IMG/VR virus record: IMGVR_UViG_3300025127_000025
Location: 3,162-67,161 of that record
Origin: a virus
Reading direction: 5' to 3' (one strand)
DNA length: 64,000 bases
The translations under genes and the position numbers were made by a program. Positions within the stretch are counted from its first letter, which is position 1. Every line of letters begins with the position of its first letter. Below are positions 39,683 to 49,650 of the stretch, one piece after another. The notes below the pieces were generated by a model. It saw only the letters and a list, made by a program, of their open reading frames with translations. It ran no database searches and had not been told where the DNA came from.

Positions 39683-42097
39683 ATGGGTGAAAACGCAAAG
39701 TCTGGACATACGCAGGCTCTGACTGATGGCGATTATATCCTGTCACCCTCGATAACCAACCTCTTCGAGGGCGTGCACGGCAATGGCATACTGATGTACG
39801 AGGACACGGCAACTGGCGACAGTAACAGGAACGCGAAGACAACCACACCGGGGTTAGTCACAGACAACGGCACCAACTCGATAATCGTGAGAGGTGGTTT
39901 CGCTGTCTTGGATGGGATGATTGTCCCATTTGGTAACATCAACTCAGGTGCCACCACCACAATCACATTACAACAAAGCACCATAGAGGGTTCAACCAGC
40001 GCTCTCTCCAGCGGAGAGTCTTGCCTCCTAGTGGTATATGTTTGCAGTAATGCGAACACCAATTACATTCAGATAGAGCAAGGTAGCGCAGTTAGTAGTG
40101 GGTTCCCCGTTACTCCTGAGAGTTTCCTCGGGGACACCAGCGGATTGAATGGCGGCCTAACCTTATCCTCCAAGCAGAGCACCGTGCTCGCAGTCGTAAA
40201 GTGCCAACACAATGGCAGCGCTGGAGACCTAAATCTAGAAGTCACCGAGGTCTTCGACATGCGCACCTTCATCCGGCCTTCACCAATCTACCTGAGTCCG
40301 ATGACCAGTGGTTCCGTAGGCAATCAAAGCAACAGGATGGATTCTGCTGCGGACTTGGACGGCATGCACGGTGGTGGTGACGAGGTAGGTGGATTCTCCT
40401 CCTCCAACTTCGGTGCGTTATGGCAGTCATACAGTTTCGGCACTGACGGCACTGACGGAGACCACGTTCTCTACTTCAGCGGCAAGCAAGGCGGTAGCAG
40501 GAGGACTCACAGGCTAGGACCCAACAAAATCAGCGTGTTGAACACCGCACAGACAGTCAGGTTCGATGGCCCCAACATCTTCAACGCCACACCTGCGAGT
40601 GGTGACATCAACATCACCCCCTCAGGAACGTTCCCACCAAGTCACATGATTATCGTGAATAACGCACAGTCGAGCACTCACAAAGTAATCTTCGACCCCA
40701 CTGGCTTGAGTAACGGCGGTGCTACTGCTGGTGACGTTGGACCGAGTTCCAGCGCCATATTCGTGTATACTGGCTCTGCATGGGTGAAGGTATTCGCCTC
40801 ATCCACAACGACCTCAACGGCAAGTGGTTCAGCGGGGGCGATACAACTGAGTGACGGTAGTGCCGCTTTCACCAATGACACAGACCTAACTTTCTCAGGG
40901 GGCAACACGCTCAACACCGTCAATCTCACTATGACCGGGCTTCTCAGTGGCCCCAGTGGTGTTTCCTTCAAAGCCGGAGAAACAAGCAATCCTGCTTCAT
41001 CAGGTCCAGACGCTAGAACCCTGTGGTATGACGATGGCAACGACGTTCTCAAGTTCAATGCAACAGCCATACAAATGTCAAATGCAAACGCTCAATTTAG
41101 CCTTAATGACCTATCGGCAGGGACAATAAACGTAGCAGCGGACTCCATAGTCTTCATAGATGCGGATGACAATTCCTCCAAGAAGGACACAGTTGCGGAT
41201 TTGGCTACAGCGATGGCTGGTACAGGAATCTCTGCTTCTAGCGGTGCACTGAATCTAGACGCAAATCAAGCAGGAATCACAAGCATCGGACCTGCTGGTA
41301 ATTTAACCGTCAATCAGGATTTGATTGTGACAGGAACATTAACTGTCAACGGTGCAACGACAACTGTCAATTCTACCACCCTTACAATTGATGACAAACT
41401 CATCGAACTCGCACACTCTCCTAGTGGTTCTGAGGGTAACGATGCAGCAGTTGATGGTGGTGGAATCATCCTCAAGTCATCCGACAGCGATAAGAGCATA
41501 GTATTCACCGATAGCACGGACTCGTGGACATTCAACCAGCATCTTTTCCCAAGCGCTGACAGTAGCAAAAACTTCGGTAGTGATACGGTCAGATGGGCAA
41601 CTGGGTTCTTGGATACGGTCAACACTGCTGATTTGGTAGTGGATACCAGCCTTATCAAGACTGACTCGACCAACAACTTCGTTGGTATCAACCAAGCGAC
41701 ACCACTAGCAGACCTACACCTCAATAAGGTCGGCTTCGGGTCGCCTGCTAGTGATAATACAGATAACTCCTCAACCAGCACTGCTCTAACCATAGACTTG
41801 TTTAACGCTAGGGAATTTAGGGCCTCTAAGTTATTAGTCTCAGTTGAGAATAATACACATTCAATATTTGAAACCGCTGAAATGGTCGTTACTCACAATG
41901 GCGCTAGTAATGCAGATGCAACTGCTGCTTTCCTCAGCACATATGGTATAGTAACTAGTGATACCACACAACAAGGAACGTATCAAGTTGGGCTCACTGG
42001 CTCCGGTGCTACGCAAAAAGTTCAATTGCAGGTTACCCCTACGGATGATGGAGACGACGTAACAGTCCGCGTAACATGGCAGGCTTTAGAGATATAG
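39683..42097 (+). CDS. tail fibre protein 1
   Basis: Ser/Thr/Gly-rich, with fibre motifs LTVNGATTTVNSTTL.IDDK.IEL and FVGINQATP. C-terminal FRASKLLV...YG domain. Confidence 0.75.
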   Translation: MGENAKSGHTQALTDGDYILSPSITNLFEGVHGNGILMYEDTATGDSNRNAKTTTPGLVTDNGTNSIIVRGGFAVLDGMIVPFGNINSGATTTITLQQSTIEGSTSALSSGESCLLVVYVCSNANTNYIQIEQGSAVSSGFPVTPESFLGDTSGLNGGLTLSSKQSTVLAVVKCQHNGSAGDLNLEVTEVFDMRTFIRPSPIYLSPMTSGSVGNQSNRMDSAADLDGMHGGGDEVGGFSSSNFGALWQSYSFGTDGTDGDHVLYFSGKQGGSRRTHRLGPNKISVLNTAQTVRFDGPNIFNATPASGDINITPSGTFPPSHMIIVNNAQSSTHKVIFDPTGLSNGGATAGDVGPSSSAIFVYTGSAWVKVFASSTTTSTASGSAGAIQLSDGSAAFTNDTDLTFSGGNTLNTVNLTMTGLLSGPSGVSFKAGETSNPASSGPDARTLWYDDGNDVLKFNATAIQMSNANAQFSLNDLSAGTINVAADSIVFIDADDNSSKKDTVADLATAMAGTGISASSGALNLDANQAGITSIGPAGNLTVNQDLIVTGTLTVNGATTTVNSTTLTIDDKLIELAHSPSGSEGNDAAVDGGGIILKSSDSDKSIVFTDSTDSWTFNQHLFPSADSSKNFGSDTVRWATGFLDTVNTADLVVDTSLIKTDSTNNFVGINQATPLADLHLNKVGFGSPASDNTDNSSTSTALTIDLFNAREFRASKLLVSVENNTHSIFETAEMVVTHNGASNADATAAFLSTYGIVTSDTTQQGTYQVGLTGSGATQKVQLQVTPTDDGDDVTVRVTWQALEI

Positions 42098-42112
42098 AAT
42101 AGGTGAAAAAAA

Positions 42113-43789
42113 ATGGGCACAACACGTGATTTCCATGTAAAAACAGGATTAGTAGTGGATTCTGGCAACGTTACGCTAAGTAACGGAAACCTTCTCGTCA
42201 ACAGCGGACACGTAGACATCGACAACATCAAGATTGACGGTCAGACGATATCTACCGTAACAGGCAACGAGGACATCAACATCACTCCCCACGGAACTGG
42301 CTCAGTGGTCTTTGCTAAGGTCGACATAAACGGCGGTGCGATAGACGGGGCTACCATCGCCACATCAGATATCACTGTAGGAAGCAGTAAAACCCTAGAC
42401 GTATCTGCTGGTACATTGACTCTCGCTAATGACCAAATCAGCGGTGATAAGGTATCAGGTGGTACAATCGGCACAATCACTATTACAGCGCTCGCTGGTG
42501 ATTTGAGCCTCGGTGACAACAACATCACCAACGTAGGCGACTTGAACGCAGACAGCATAAGCGTCGATGCAGCAGGGACTGGTCTCAATGTGGATTTCAG
42601 TGGTGGTAATACCGCTACATCCAAACTGACTCTTGGAGACAACCTCGCTGATGCTCTGAACATCACAGAGGGCTCTAACTCATACATGAAGTTTGTAACC
42701 ACTAACAGCAGTGAGCAAATCGTCTTTGGTAAGAACTCTACATTCAACGGCACCACTATCGCTGACTTGGGTACAGTCACCACAGCCAACATAGATGGTG
42801 GCTCGATAGATGGTACGACTATTGGTGCTAACAGCGCAGCAGCGGGTACATTCGCTGCTATTGTAGGTACTACAATCGACGCTTCGACTGACTTCACTGT
42901 CGGTAGTACAGTCATCACTGACGACTCGATTGTGATGACCCCCTCATCAGGCGACACGCTCAGTATCACCTCAGCCGCAAACGGGGAGTCTACCATCGCC
43001 ACCGTGGATGGAAGCGGTAGCCTAGCGGCTCACCTGCATCTGGATGCAGACGGCGCAATCAACCTCAAGTTCAACTCCAACACTAAGTTGGCCACTGCCA
43101 CTGACGGTGTCGACATTACCGGTAGCGTGGACATCACTGGCTCAATTAGCAGTGTGACTAACATTACTGCATTGGGTAATCTGACAACTGCACACGGTAG
43201 AATGCGGGAGAGCACTGGCGTGCTAGACAGGGCCGACATAGCAGGAACCTCATCTGGAACCCACAAGATAGTGGATATAGACGGCACTAACTTCTACACC
43301 AGCGAGACGATTGTCGTGACTGAGGTCTCTGGTAGGTCTAAACTACCCTCTGCCACGGGAGGTGCTGGTGCTGTCTTCGGCACGAATGCAGTCAACGTGG
43401 GCAACGTCGATATCCTATCACTGGCTCTAGGTGACATTAGTAGCACTACTAATGGCTCCAGCCTTGACATATTCCATGCGGCAGAGGCCTTTTGCGCAAT
43501 GAGCATACAAACGGATGGCACCAACGGGGACATAGTCAAGAGAGTCATAAACAAGATATACGGCTATGTGAATGCTAGTGGTCAGGTAGAGACGATTCTT
43601 GAGCATGAGTCCGGCGACATCGAACTCGGAAGATTCGTATGGATGATTGACGAGGACAGAGCGGGCAGCACTGAGGACTGCATGACTCTGGTCTTCCAAT
43701 ACACATCGAAGTACACTCACACCAGCAATGACAAGACCACTTACTCCGTCAACGTAAATGGACTGTCAATGGGAGGAGCAGGTGGTTGA
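42113..43789 (+). CDS. tail fibre protein 2
   Basis: N-terminal RDFHVKTGLVV; DINGGAIDG/IDGGSIDGTTIG repeats; AGGTGA SD. Confidence 0.75.
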   Translation: MGTTRDFHVKTGLVVDSGNVTLSNGNLLVNSGHVDIDNIKIDGQTISTVTGNEDINITPHGTGSVVFAKVDINGGAIDGATIATSDITVGSSKTLDVSAGTLTLANDQISGDKVSGGTIGTITITALAGDLSLGDNNITNVGDLNADSISVDAAGTGLNVDFSGGNTATSKLTLGDNLADALNITEGSNSYMKFVTTNSSEQIVFGKNSTFNGTTIADLGTVTTANIDGGSIDGTTIGANSAAAGTFAAIVGTTIDASTDFTVGSTVITDDSIVMTPSSGDTLSITSAANGESTIATVDGSGSLAAHLHLDADGAINLKFNSNTKLATATDGVDITGSVDITGSISSVTNITALGNLTTAHGRMRESTGVLDRADIAGTSSGTHKIVDIDGTNFYTSETIVVTEVSGRSKLPSATGGAGAVFGTNAVNVGNVDILSLALGDISSTTNGSSLDIFHAAEAFCAMSIQTDGTNGDIVKRVINKIYGYVNASGQVETILEHESGDIELGRFVWMIDEDRAGSTEDCMTLVFQYTSKYTHTSNDKTTYSVNVNGLSMGGAGG

Positions 43790-43790
43790 T

Positions 43791-46070
43791 ATGGGTAATC
43801 CGGGCCCCGCCAACAATGCTTCGTCACCCAGCCCCTCAAGGGCGAAGGCCTTCAATGCCATACAAGTCGCTAAGGGTAGCGCCACGACCAACGCTCAATT
43901 CCTCATTGGTTCCCTACAGTTCTCCACGGGCTCTCCGGGCTCCTTCGCTGTTGGAGACCACATCTCAGCGACAGGCATACAGAAGGGGACTAAAGTCACA
44001 CAGATAGACAGCAACGACATATACATCAGCAGGCCACTGGACGGCACACTAGCAAGTGGGGCCACTGTCACCATACTGAGTGAGCGAAGGGCTGCCACGG
44101 GCGGTCCCGCTGCCTTCGAGTTGAAGGCTGGCACTGGGATATCCATAGCGGCTGATGCTCAGAACGCCACTGGTGCCTCGATACTACAAATCACCGCATC
44201 CGGTGGTGGTACTGCATCGGCTCTAGCCGCTGATGACCTGACTGCTGGAGACGCTGCTGTGACTCTGGCTACCACCACTGGAAACATCACGATTGATGCT
44301 CAGGCTAGTGACAGCGACATCATCTTCAAGGGAACTGATGGGGGTAGCGATACCACGTTCCTGACACTTGATGGTAGCGAGGAAGGCAAGGCTATCTTCA
44401 ACGCAGACGTCACGGTTGGTGACGACCTCACCCTCCTGTCTGATGCCGCTGTGCTAGGGTTCGGTGCTGACACCGACGTCACACTCACACACGTTGCTGA
44501 CACAGGACTGCTACTGAATGCGGCAATGGAACTCCAGTTCAGGGACTCTGGACTCAAAATACACTCGACGACCAACGGTCAGTTGGACATAGATGCTGAT
44601 GGTAACGTGGATATAGCCTCGGCTGTAACTGCTCTTTCAGGGACAACAGGGATAGCGCTAGTTTCGCCATCAATAGTTCTTGGTAATACAACCAGTGCTA
44701 GTACAGTCGTAGAAATCAAAGACGAGGTGAATGATGCGAACTCCGCAGAATTGAAGTTCGTGAAGGACAAGGGTGCCGCTGGTGCTGACGGCGATGACAT
44801 TGGTAAGATTACCTTCGTAGGGGACGACGCGGCACAGGCCCAGACCTCCTTCGGGCAGATTCTCGTTGAGGTATCGGAGGCAGATAACTCAGATGAGGCA
44901 GGAAAGATGTCCTTGCTAGTCGCTGAGAGCGATGGCACCGACACAGCGCTTACAGCAGGACTGGTCCTTGAGGGGCAACACGCTACGGATGGCGTCGTCG
45001 ACGTCACGATAGGTGCGGGCTCAGGCTCAGTCACCACTATTGCCGGTAATCTTACTGTAAACGGCACAACCACCACAATCTCCAGCACCACATTAGAGGT
45101 AACCGATGACCTGATTACCGTATCGAAGGGCAACGACTCAATCGCCAACGCAGACGGTAGTGGAATGGAGATAGACGCAACTGGTGCTACTAACATCCAC
45201 TGGAAGTACGTGCACGCTAGAACAGCGCTTCAGTCAAACGTGGACATAGACTTGGCTACCACGAGCGAGACTCTCAAGATTGCAGGCACGGATGTGCTAA
45301 GCAACAATACCCTTGGAAGTGGCGTCGTTACATCGAGCCTCACGACCGTCGGTGCCTTGGACTCAGGCTCCATAACATCGGGCTTTGGTAACATAAACAA
45401 CGGCTCCTCTACCATTACGACGACAGGCGCCATCACTGGTGGTTCCCTCGTGGCAGATAACATCACCATCGATGGTAACACGATATCCAGCACTGACAGC
45501 AACGGTGACATCACACTCACACCAAACGGAACAGGGGAAGTCAACATCGCTGCTGGTAACCTCAACTACGCATCTACCGCTGTTACATCAACAGGGGCGG
45601 AACTCAACCTATTGGATGGCTCAAGCGCGGGAACCGTGGTCAACAGCAAGGCTGTCATCTACAGCAGCGCTGGACAAGTCCTTGGAAGCACAATAAGCGT
45701 TGATGCTGTAGCAGTGTTGGACACAGCCACTGCAAACTCGCAATCAGTTGCCAATAGTGCAACCCAGACTGTGCTCTCTTATGCATATGGTACATTTAGA
45801 ACTGCTAAGTTCATCTATCAGATAACTGATGGCACTGACTTTGAGAGCGGTGAGATACTTGTAAATTACAAAGGGGCCTCTGCACCATCAGCAAGCAGTG
45901 ACATCTATCTAACACACTACGGGATTGTATCAACCAAATCAGGTAACGCTGCCCTAGTATCTTGGGACGCTGTGAAAGATGGAACTGATATATCTCTACA
46001 ATTTACAAACAGCACTGGGGGCACGGTTTCGTACTCCTACGACGTAGTTACAACTCAAGTAATCAAATGA
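43791..46070 (+). CDS. tail fibre protein 3
   Basis: Fibre motifs shared with genes at 39683 and 42113; C-terminal FRTAKFIYQI...YG domain. Start placed at ATG 43791, right after the upstream stop. Confidence 0.75.
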   Translation: MGNPGPANNASSPSPSRAKAFNAIQVAKGSATTNAQFLIGSLQFSTGSPGSFAVGDHISATGIQKGTKVTQIDSNDIYISRPLDGTLASGATVTILSERRAATGGPAAFELKAGTGISIAADAQNATGASILQITASGGGTASALAADDLTAGDAAVTLATTTGNITIDAQASDSDIIFKGTDGGSDTTFLTLDGSEEGKAIFNADVTVGDDLTLLSDAAVLGFGADTDVTLTHVADTGLLLNAAMELQFRDSGLKIHSTTNGQLDIDADGNVDIASAVTALSGTTGIALVSPSIVLGNTTSASTVVEIKDEVNDANSAELKFVKDKGAAGADGDDIGKITFVGDDAAQAQTSFGQILVEVSEADNSDEAGKMSLLVAESDGTDTALTAGLVLEGQHATDGVVDVTIGAGSGSVTTIAGNLTVNGTTTTISSTTLEVTDDLITVSKGNDSIANADGSGMEIDATGATNIHWKYVHARTALQSNVDIDLATTSETLKIAGTDVLSNNTLGSGVVTSSLTTVGALDSGSITSGFGNINNGSSTITTTGAITGGSLVADNITIDGNTISSTDSNGDITLTPNGTGEVNIAAGNLNYASTAVTSTGAELNLLDGSSAGTVVNSKAVIYSSAGQVLGSTISVDAVAVLDTATANSQSVANSATQTVLSYAYGTFRTAKFIYQITDGTDFESGEILVNYKGASAPSASSDIYLTHYGIVSTKSGNAALVSWDAVKDGTDISLQFTNSTGGTVSYSYDVVTTQVIK

Positions 46071-46095
46071 TGGACAGTGAAATCATGGTGGAACA

Positions 46096-48231
46096 ATGGC
46101 AACGAAGAGGGACTTTGTAGTAAAGAACGGGCTTGTGGTTACCGAGGACATAGAACTCGGACACGCATCTGACACGACGATAGCAAGAGCAAGCGCTGGG
46201 CAAATAACAGTAGAGGGCACAGCAGTGGTGCTTGCTGGTAGTGCAAGTCACGACGGCTTCTCCGACTTCGTTGCTAACGAACACATAGACCATAGTGGTG
46301 TTTCGATAACTGCTGGTAATGGGTTGACTGGTGGAGGCACTATCGCTTCTACTAGAACTCTAACAGTAGGAGCAGGGACTGGTGTGACTGTCAATGCAAA
46401 TGATGTAGCGATAGGCCAAGCAGTTGGTACTTCAGATGATGTGACATTTGCAACAGTAACGCTTGCTAGTGACCTAATTCATTCAGGTGATACTAACAAC
46501 AAAATCGCATTTGGCACAGATACACAGTCTTTCCAAACAGGAGGAACTGCTAGGTTCAATATCAGTGATTCAGGATTGCAGATTGGAAGTGGGGCTAGGG
46601 TTACTACAATCAACACTTCTTTCTCCGACAATGACACTTCCCTGATGACTTCGGCAGCCATCAATGACAGAATAGAATCCTTCGGCTACATCACTTCTCA
46701 AATGACATTCGTTCTAGAGGATGATGATGGAACTGAGGTTTCTATATCAAACGCTGAAGAGATTAAGTTCCACAGTGGAGACACAAGTGTAGACATCAAC
46801 TACTCTGATATATCTCCGGGTTCAGACGCAGACCCATTCGACTTGGATTTCAGAACATTACACGCTCCTTATCTAAGGACAAGTGATGATAGGGATTTTG
46901 CTCCTGAAGACTTAGACAATACAATTAGAGAACTATCAGGAAGATTCTCAACAAAAACAGGAATAGAGGATGGTTCTTCTACGGGTGCATCTGACTACGT
47001 TGATGCCTTGGTGCTAGATACATTTACAGGACATTCAGGTGGAGATGCAAACCTATTGGCATTCGCTAAGAACAGCACAAAGAGAATCTATCACTACCGA
47101 GCAGACCAAGACGATACGAATTGGGGAACTGCTTCTACTATTGCATATACAAGTGACATTGCAGACCTAACAGTATCAGACTTAGCCGCAGCCGCAGTAG
47201 TAACAGAATCAGAGGGTATTGGCTCAAACGACAATGACACTACACTACCCACATCTGCTGCTGTGAAGGACTATGTGGATAGCAATGCAGGTGGTGCTTC
47301 TGCTATTGGTGATTTATCTGATGCAATTACAACTGCTACTTCTAACATAGGATTAGGTAGTGGTGCTTTAGATTCTTTAGCATCGGGTGGAAACTTTAAC
47401 ACGGCATTAGGAATTAATGCAGGTACAACAGTCAGTACAGGAACTATGAACGTAATGGTAGGGTTAAATGCAGGTCAATATATTAGTTCGGGTGGTAGTA
47501 ATATTGCTATTGGAAAGGGTGCAATAGAAAGAGGCTCAACAGAAAATAACAATTTAGCAATTGGACCGCAAGCGATGGGTGGTGCTTACGGGCAAAGTGC
47601 AACAGGGGCATACAATGTAGCAATAGGAAGCGATACTATGAGATATGGTTCACAAGCAAACGGTAGCGGTAATATTGGTATTGGGTATAAAGCAATTTAT
47701 GGTAGTAATGGTAATAGTAGTGGGGCTAATTATAACATAGGAATTGGTTATGGAGCATTGGAGGTAATTACAACAGGTGATAAAAATATCATAATAGGTT
47801 ATGATGCTGGTGATAATATTACAACTGGTTCTAACAACCTTGTGATTGGTGACTTCCAAGTTGATACCGCAACAGGCGATGACCAGATTATCATAGGTAG
47901 TGGTGATGGTGGAGTAACTTGGTTGAAGGGAGATGCAAACGGAATAAAGGCTCTCAAGATTAAGGTGAAGGCGGTAAGCAGTAACACTACACTCACAGAT
48001 GCTCAATCCGGCTCATACGTCTACTGGACGGCAGGTACACTAACCCTACCTGCAACAGCAGAGTCGGGACAGCAATATACAATCATCAACAATACTGGTG
48101 GTTCAGCAACACCCTCACTTGGTACATCAAACGCAATAGCATCAGGATGGACTTCTCATGCTGCTATGTCTGATGAGACTGCTAGAACCTATGTGGCTGT
48201 AGCCACTAACACTTGGATATACATTGGGTGA
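46096..48231 (+). CDS. tail fibre/receptor-binding protein 4 with YadA-head-like repeats
   Basis: N-terminal RDFVVKNGLVV. Repeats NTALG.NA, NIAIG.GA, NVAIG and NIGIGY.A at about 47340-47850. Confidence 0.75.
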   Translation: MATKRDFVVKNGLVVTEDIELGHASDTTIARASAGQITVEGTAVVLAGSASHDGFSDFVANEHIDHSGVSITAGNGLTGGGTIASTRTLTVGAGTGVTVNANDVAIGQAVGTSDDVTFATVTLASDLIHSGDTNNKIAFGTDTQSFQTGGTARFNISDSGLQIGSGARVTTINTSFSDNDTSLMTSAAINDRIESFGYITSQMTFVLEDDDGTEVSISNAEEIKFHSGDTSVDINYSDISPGSDADPFDLDFRTLHAPYLRTSDDRDFAPEDLDNTIRELSGRFSTKTGIEDGSSTGASDYVDALVLDTFTGHSGGDANLLAFAKNSTKRIYHYRADQDDTNWGTASTIAYTSDIADLTVSDLAAAAVVTESEGIGSNDNDTTLPTSAAVKDYVDSNAGGASAIGDLSDAITTATSNIGLGSGALDSLASGGNFNTALGINAGTTVSTGTMNVMVGLNAGQYISSGGSNIAIGKGAIERGSTENNNLAIGPQAMGGAYGQSATGAYNVAIGSDTMRYGSQANGSGNIGIGYKAIYGSNGNSSGANYNIGIGYGALEVITTGDKNIIIGYDAGDNITTGSNNLVIGDFQVDTATGDDQIIIGSGDGGVTWLKGDANGIKALKIKVKAVSSNTTLTDAQSGSYVYWTAGTLTLPATAESGQQYTIINNTGGSATPSLGTSNAIASGWTSHAAMSDETARTYVAVATNTWIYIG

Positions 48232-48236
48232 TTGAG

Positions 48237-48839
48237 ATGGCTTCGATAATGATAGGTGTCGCTGGTGTCGCACAGCAACTGAAAACTGCAAATGCTACTT
48301 CCTCTGCACCAACTGATGCAAGGGTACAAAATTACGCCCCCGGCGGAAGCGGTAATAACAGCGCAGTTCTCATAGGGGAGAGAGAAACCTTCACTAATCC
48401 TTTTGATTACACAGGTGCGTTTAGTAGCACAATAAGTAGTACCCCTGCTCATGTTCTTACTGTAGAGTCGGAAGTATTACTCACTTCATATACTGATAAC
48501 GCAGCAGCCGCAACCATAGAGTTTGGAGGTTACTGTAATACTGCCGCAACGGGATGCACATTTGCATGGGATGTATCAATAGACTCCCAATCATTGTCAA
48601 ATGGTAATAGCGCAGCAATTATTGGTACTGCAAGCACTGCTCAAAACTCACTTGCTATGGGAGCAGGTGTGGGTGACGGTGTTGGAGAAAAATTACAGAT
48701 AACGTGGGGTGGTAGCAAAAGCGGGTTTGTTATGCCAGCCAACAACGACTCTGTTCAGGTTACTGTAAGTTGTACCATAACCAATTCCGCAGGTAGTGAT
48801 AGTGATTCAGTGATTTACAAAATAAACTTTAGTGCATGA
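48237..48839 (+). CDS. putative fibre-tip/Ig-like beta-sandwich protein
   Basis: Beta-rich sequence ending VTVSCTITNSAGSDSDSV. Confidence 0.5.
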   Translation: MASIMIGVAGVAQQLKTANATSSAPTDARVQNYAPGGSGNNSAVLIGERETFTNPFDYTGAFSSTISSTPAHVLTVESEVLLTSYTDNAAAATIEFGGYCNTAATGCTFAWDVSIDSQSLSNGNSAAIIGTASTAQNSLAMGAGVGDGVGEKLQITWGGSKSGFVMPANNDSVQVTVSCTITNSAGSDSDSVIYKINFSA

Positions 48840-48874
48840 TAATATTTAATAAAGAAAAATATGGAGGAAAAGAT

Positions 48875-49192
48875 ATGGCGTTGAAGGTGGAGTATGAGAC
48901 TGAGTTTGGAATAACATGTGATTACGCATATTGTGTTATAGACGAAGCGTATATGTTAAAGAAGACGGAGTTGGGAGAAGACGGCGATAAAGTAAATACC
49001 TTTTTTGTTAAATACAAAGGTAAAGTATACACCAGTGATGATGCTTACGAACAGAGTGCATCAGCAATTAGCCATTTCAGTCATGCTCTTGAATTGGACA
49101 CTGCCAACGCTAAGACTCAGTATAACTTACTCAAGCAGTGCTACCTGCATCTGAAGACCCAAGAGGGCTTCACTGATGCTGTGGATTGCTAG
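48875..49192 (+). CDS. hypothetical protein (possible fibre-associated chaperone)
   Basis: ATG after GGAGG; ends NLLKQCYLHLKT...F..AVDC, a pattern often seen in small genes after phage fibres. Confidence 0.55.
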   Translation: MALKVEYETEFGITCDYAYCVIDEAYMLKKTELGEDGDKVNTFFVKYKGKVYTSDDAYEQSASAISHFSHALELDTANAKTQYNLLKQCYLHLKTQEGFTDAVDC

Positions 49193-49266
49193 ATTAAGAA
49201 CACTTTACTCGCAATCCAGTGCCAGAAGCGTGAGTACTGAAGACCCTCTATGTCATCCTCAGTCAT
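49189..49266 (-). CDS. 25-aa micropeptide (not in ORF track)
   Basis: MTEDDIEGLQYSRFWHWIASKVFLI*. GGAGG SD and ATGA overlap with the upstream micro-ORF; its TAG shares the CTAG palindrome with the stop of the + strand gene. Confidence 0.55.
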   Translation of the reverse strand: MTEDDIEGLQYSRFWHWIASKVFLI

Positions 49267-49340
49267 ATTTCCTCCCAGTCTTCGAATATCTCTGTTATGC
49301 ACCTGATGAACATCTTGCAGGTAGTAAATGGTCTAGTCAT
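49263..49340 (-). CDS. 25-aa micropeptide (not in ORF track)
   Basis: MTRPFTTCKMFIRCITEIFEDWEEI*. Starts 1 nt after the upstream stop, with a GGGGTG SD. Confidence 0.5.
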   Translation of the reverse strand: MTRPFTTCKMFIRCITEIFEDWEEI

Positions 49341-49341
49341 A

Positions 49342-49617
49342 TCACACCCCCTTCTTCATTTCACGCATCTGCTGCGCAGCGAATCTTATCTTCTGAGTGC
49401 TGTGAAGAGTCCAGAACGAGTCTTTGGGAACTTTGAATTCGGCCTCTATTAGACGGCACAACTCATATCTAGAACTGGTTCTCAAGTCCTCGTCTATGGG
49501 TAGACCCAGTACGTTGCTCACTTCTTCCTCAGTATATTCTACACGTCTGTCTAGCCATACATAGACGTAGCCCATTATTGACATTAATTTACGAGCCAGC
49601 CAACGAAACAATACCAC
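49342..49617 (-). CDS. hypothetical protein with amphipathic N-terminal helix
   Basis: 91 aa; N-terminus LFRWLARKLMSIMGYVYVWL. Confidence 0.65.
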   Translation of the reverse strand: MVLFRWLARKLMSIMGYVYVWLDRRVEYTEEEVSNVLGLPIDEDLRTSSRYELCRLIEAEFKVPKDSFWTLHSTQKIRFAAQQMREMKKGV

Positions 49618-49640
49618 GGTGTAGAAAGCACATCAAGTAG

Positions 49641-49648
49641 TTATTTAA
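49641..49648 (-). promoter_or_regulatory. putative TATA box (TTAAATAA) for a leaderless transcript starting near 49617
   Basis: Located 24-31 nt upstream of the GTG start, with no SD. Confidence 0.5.
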
Positions 49649-49650
49649 CA

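Noticed and set aside
42241-43002. Long antisense ORFs (also 10496-11158, 29355-30023, 44579-45196)
   Set aside because: Shadow frames of strongly biased Ser/Thr/Gly-rich sense genes, with no SD or recognisable motifs.
46070-46120. 16-codon ORF (MDSEIMVEQWQRRGTL) or read-through linking fibres 3 and 4
   Set aside because: The two fibre genes are in different frames, an in-frame stop precedes 46096, no slippery site is evident, and the ORF is too short to support.
39683-49192. Diversity-generating retroelement or invertible cassette acting on the fibres
   Set aside because: No reverse transcriptase or recombinase in the window, and I saw no near-identical TR/VR pair or inverted crossover sites; shared fibre motifs are diverged at the DNA level.
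49176-49436. 86-aa + strand ORF after the last structural gene
   Set aside because: It overlaps three better-supported - strand ORFs that have SD sites or a TATA box and start/stop coupling.
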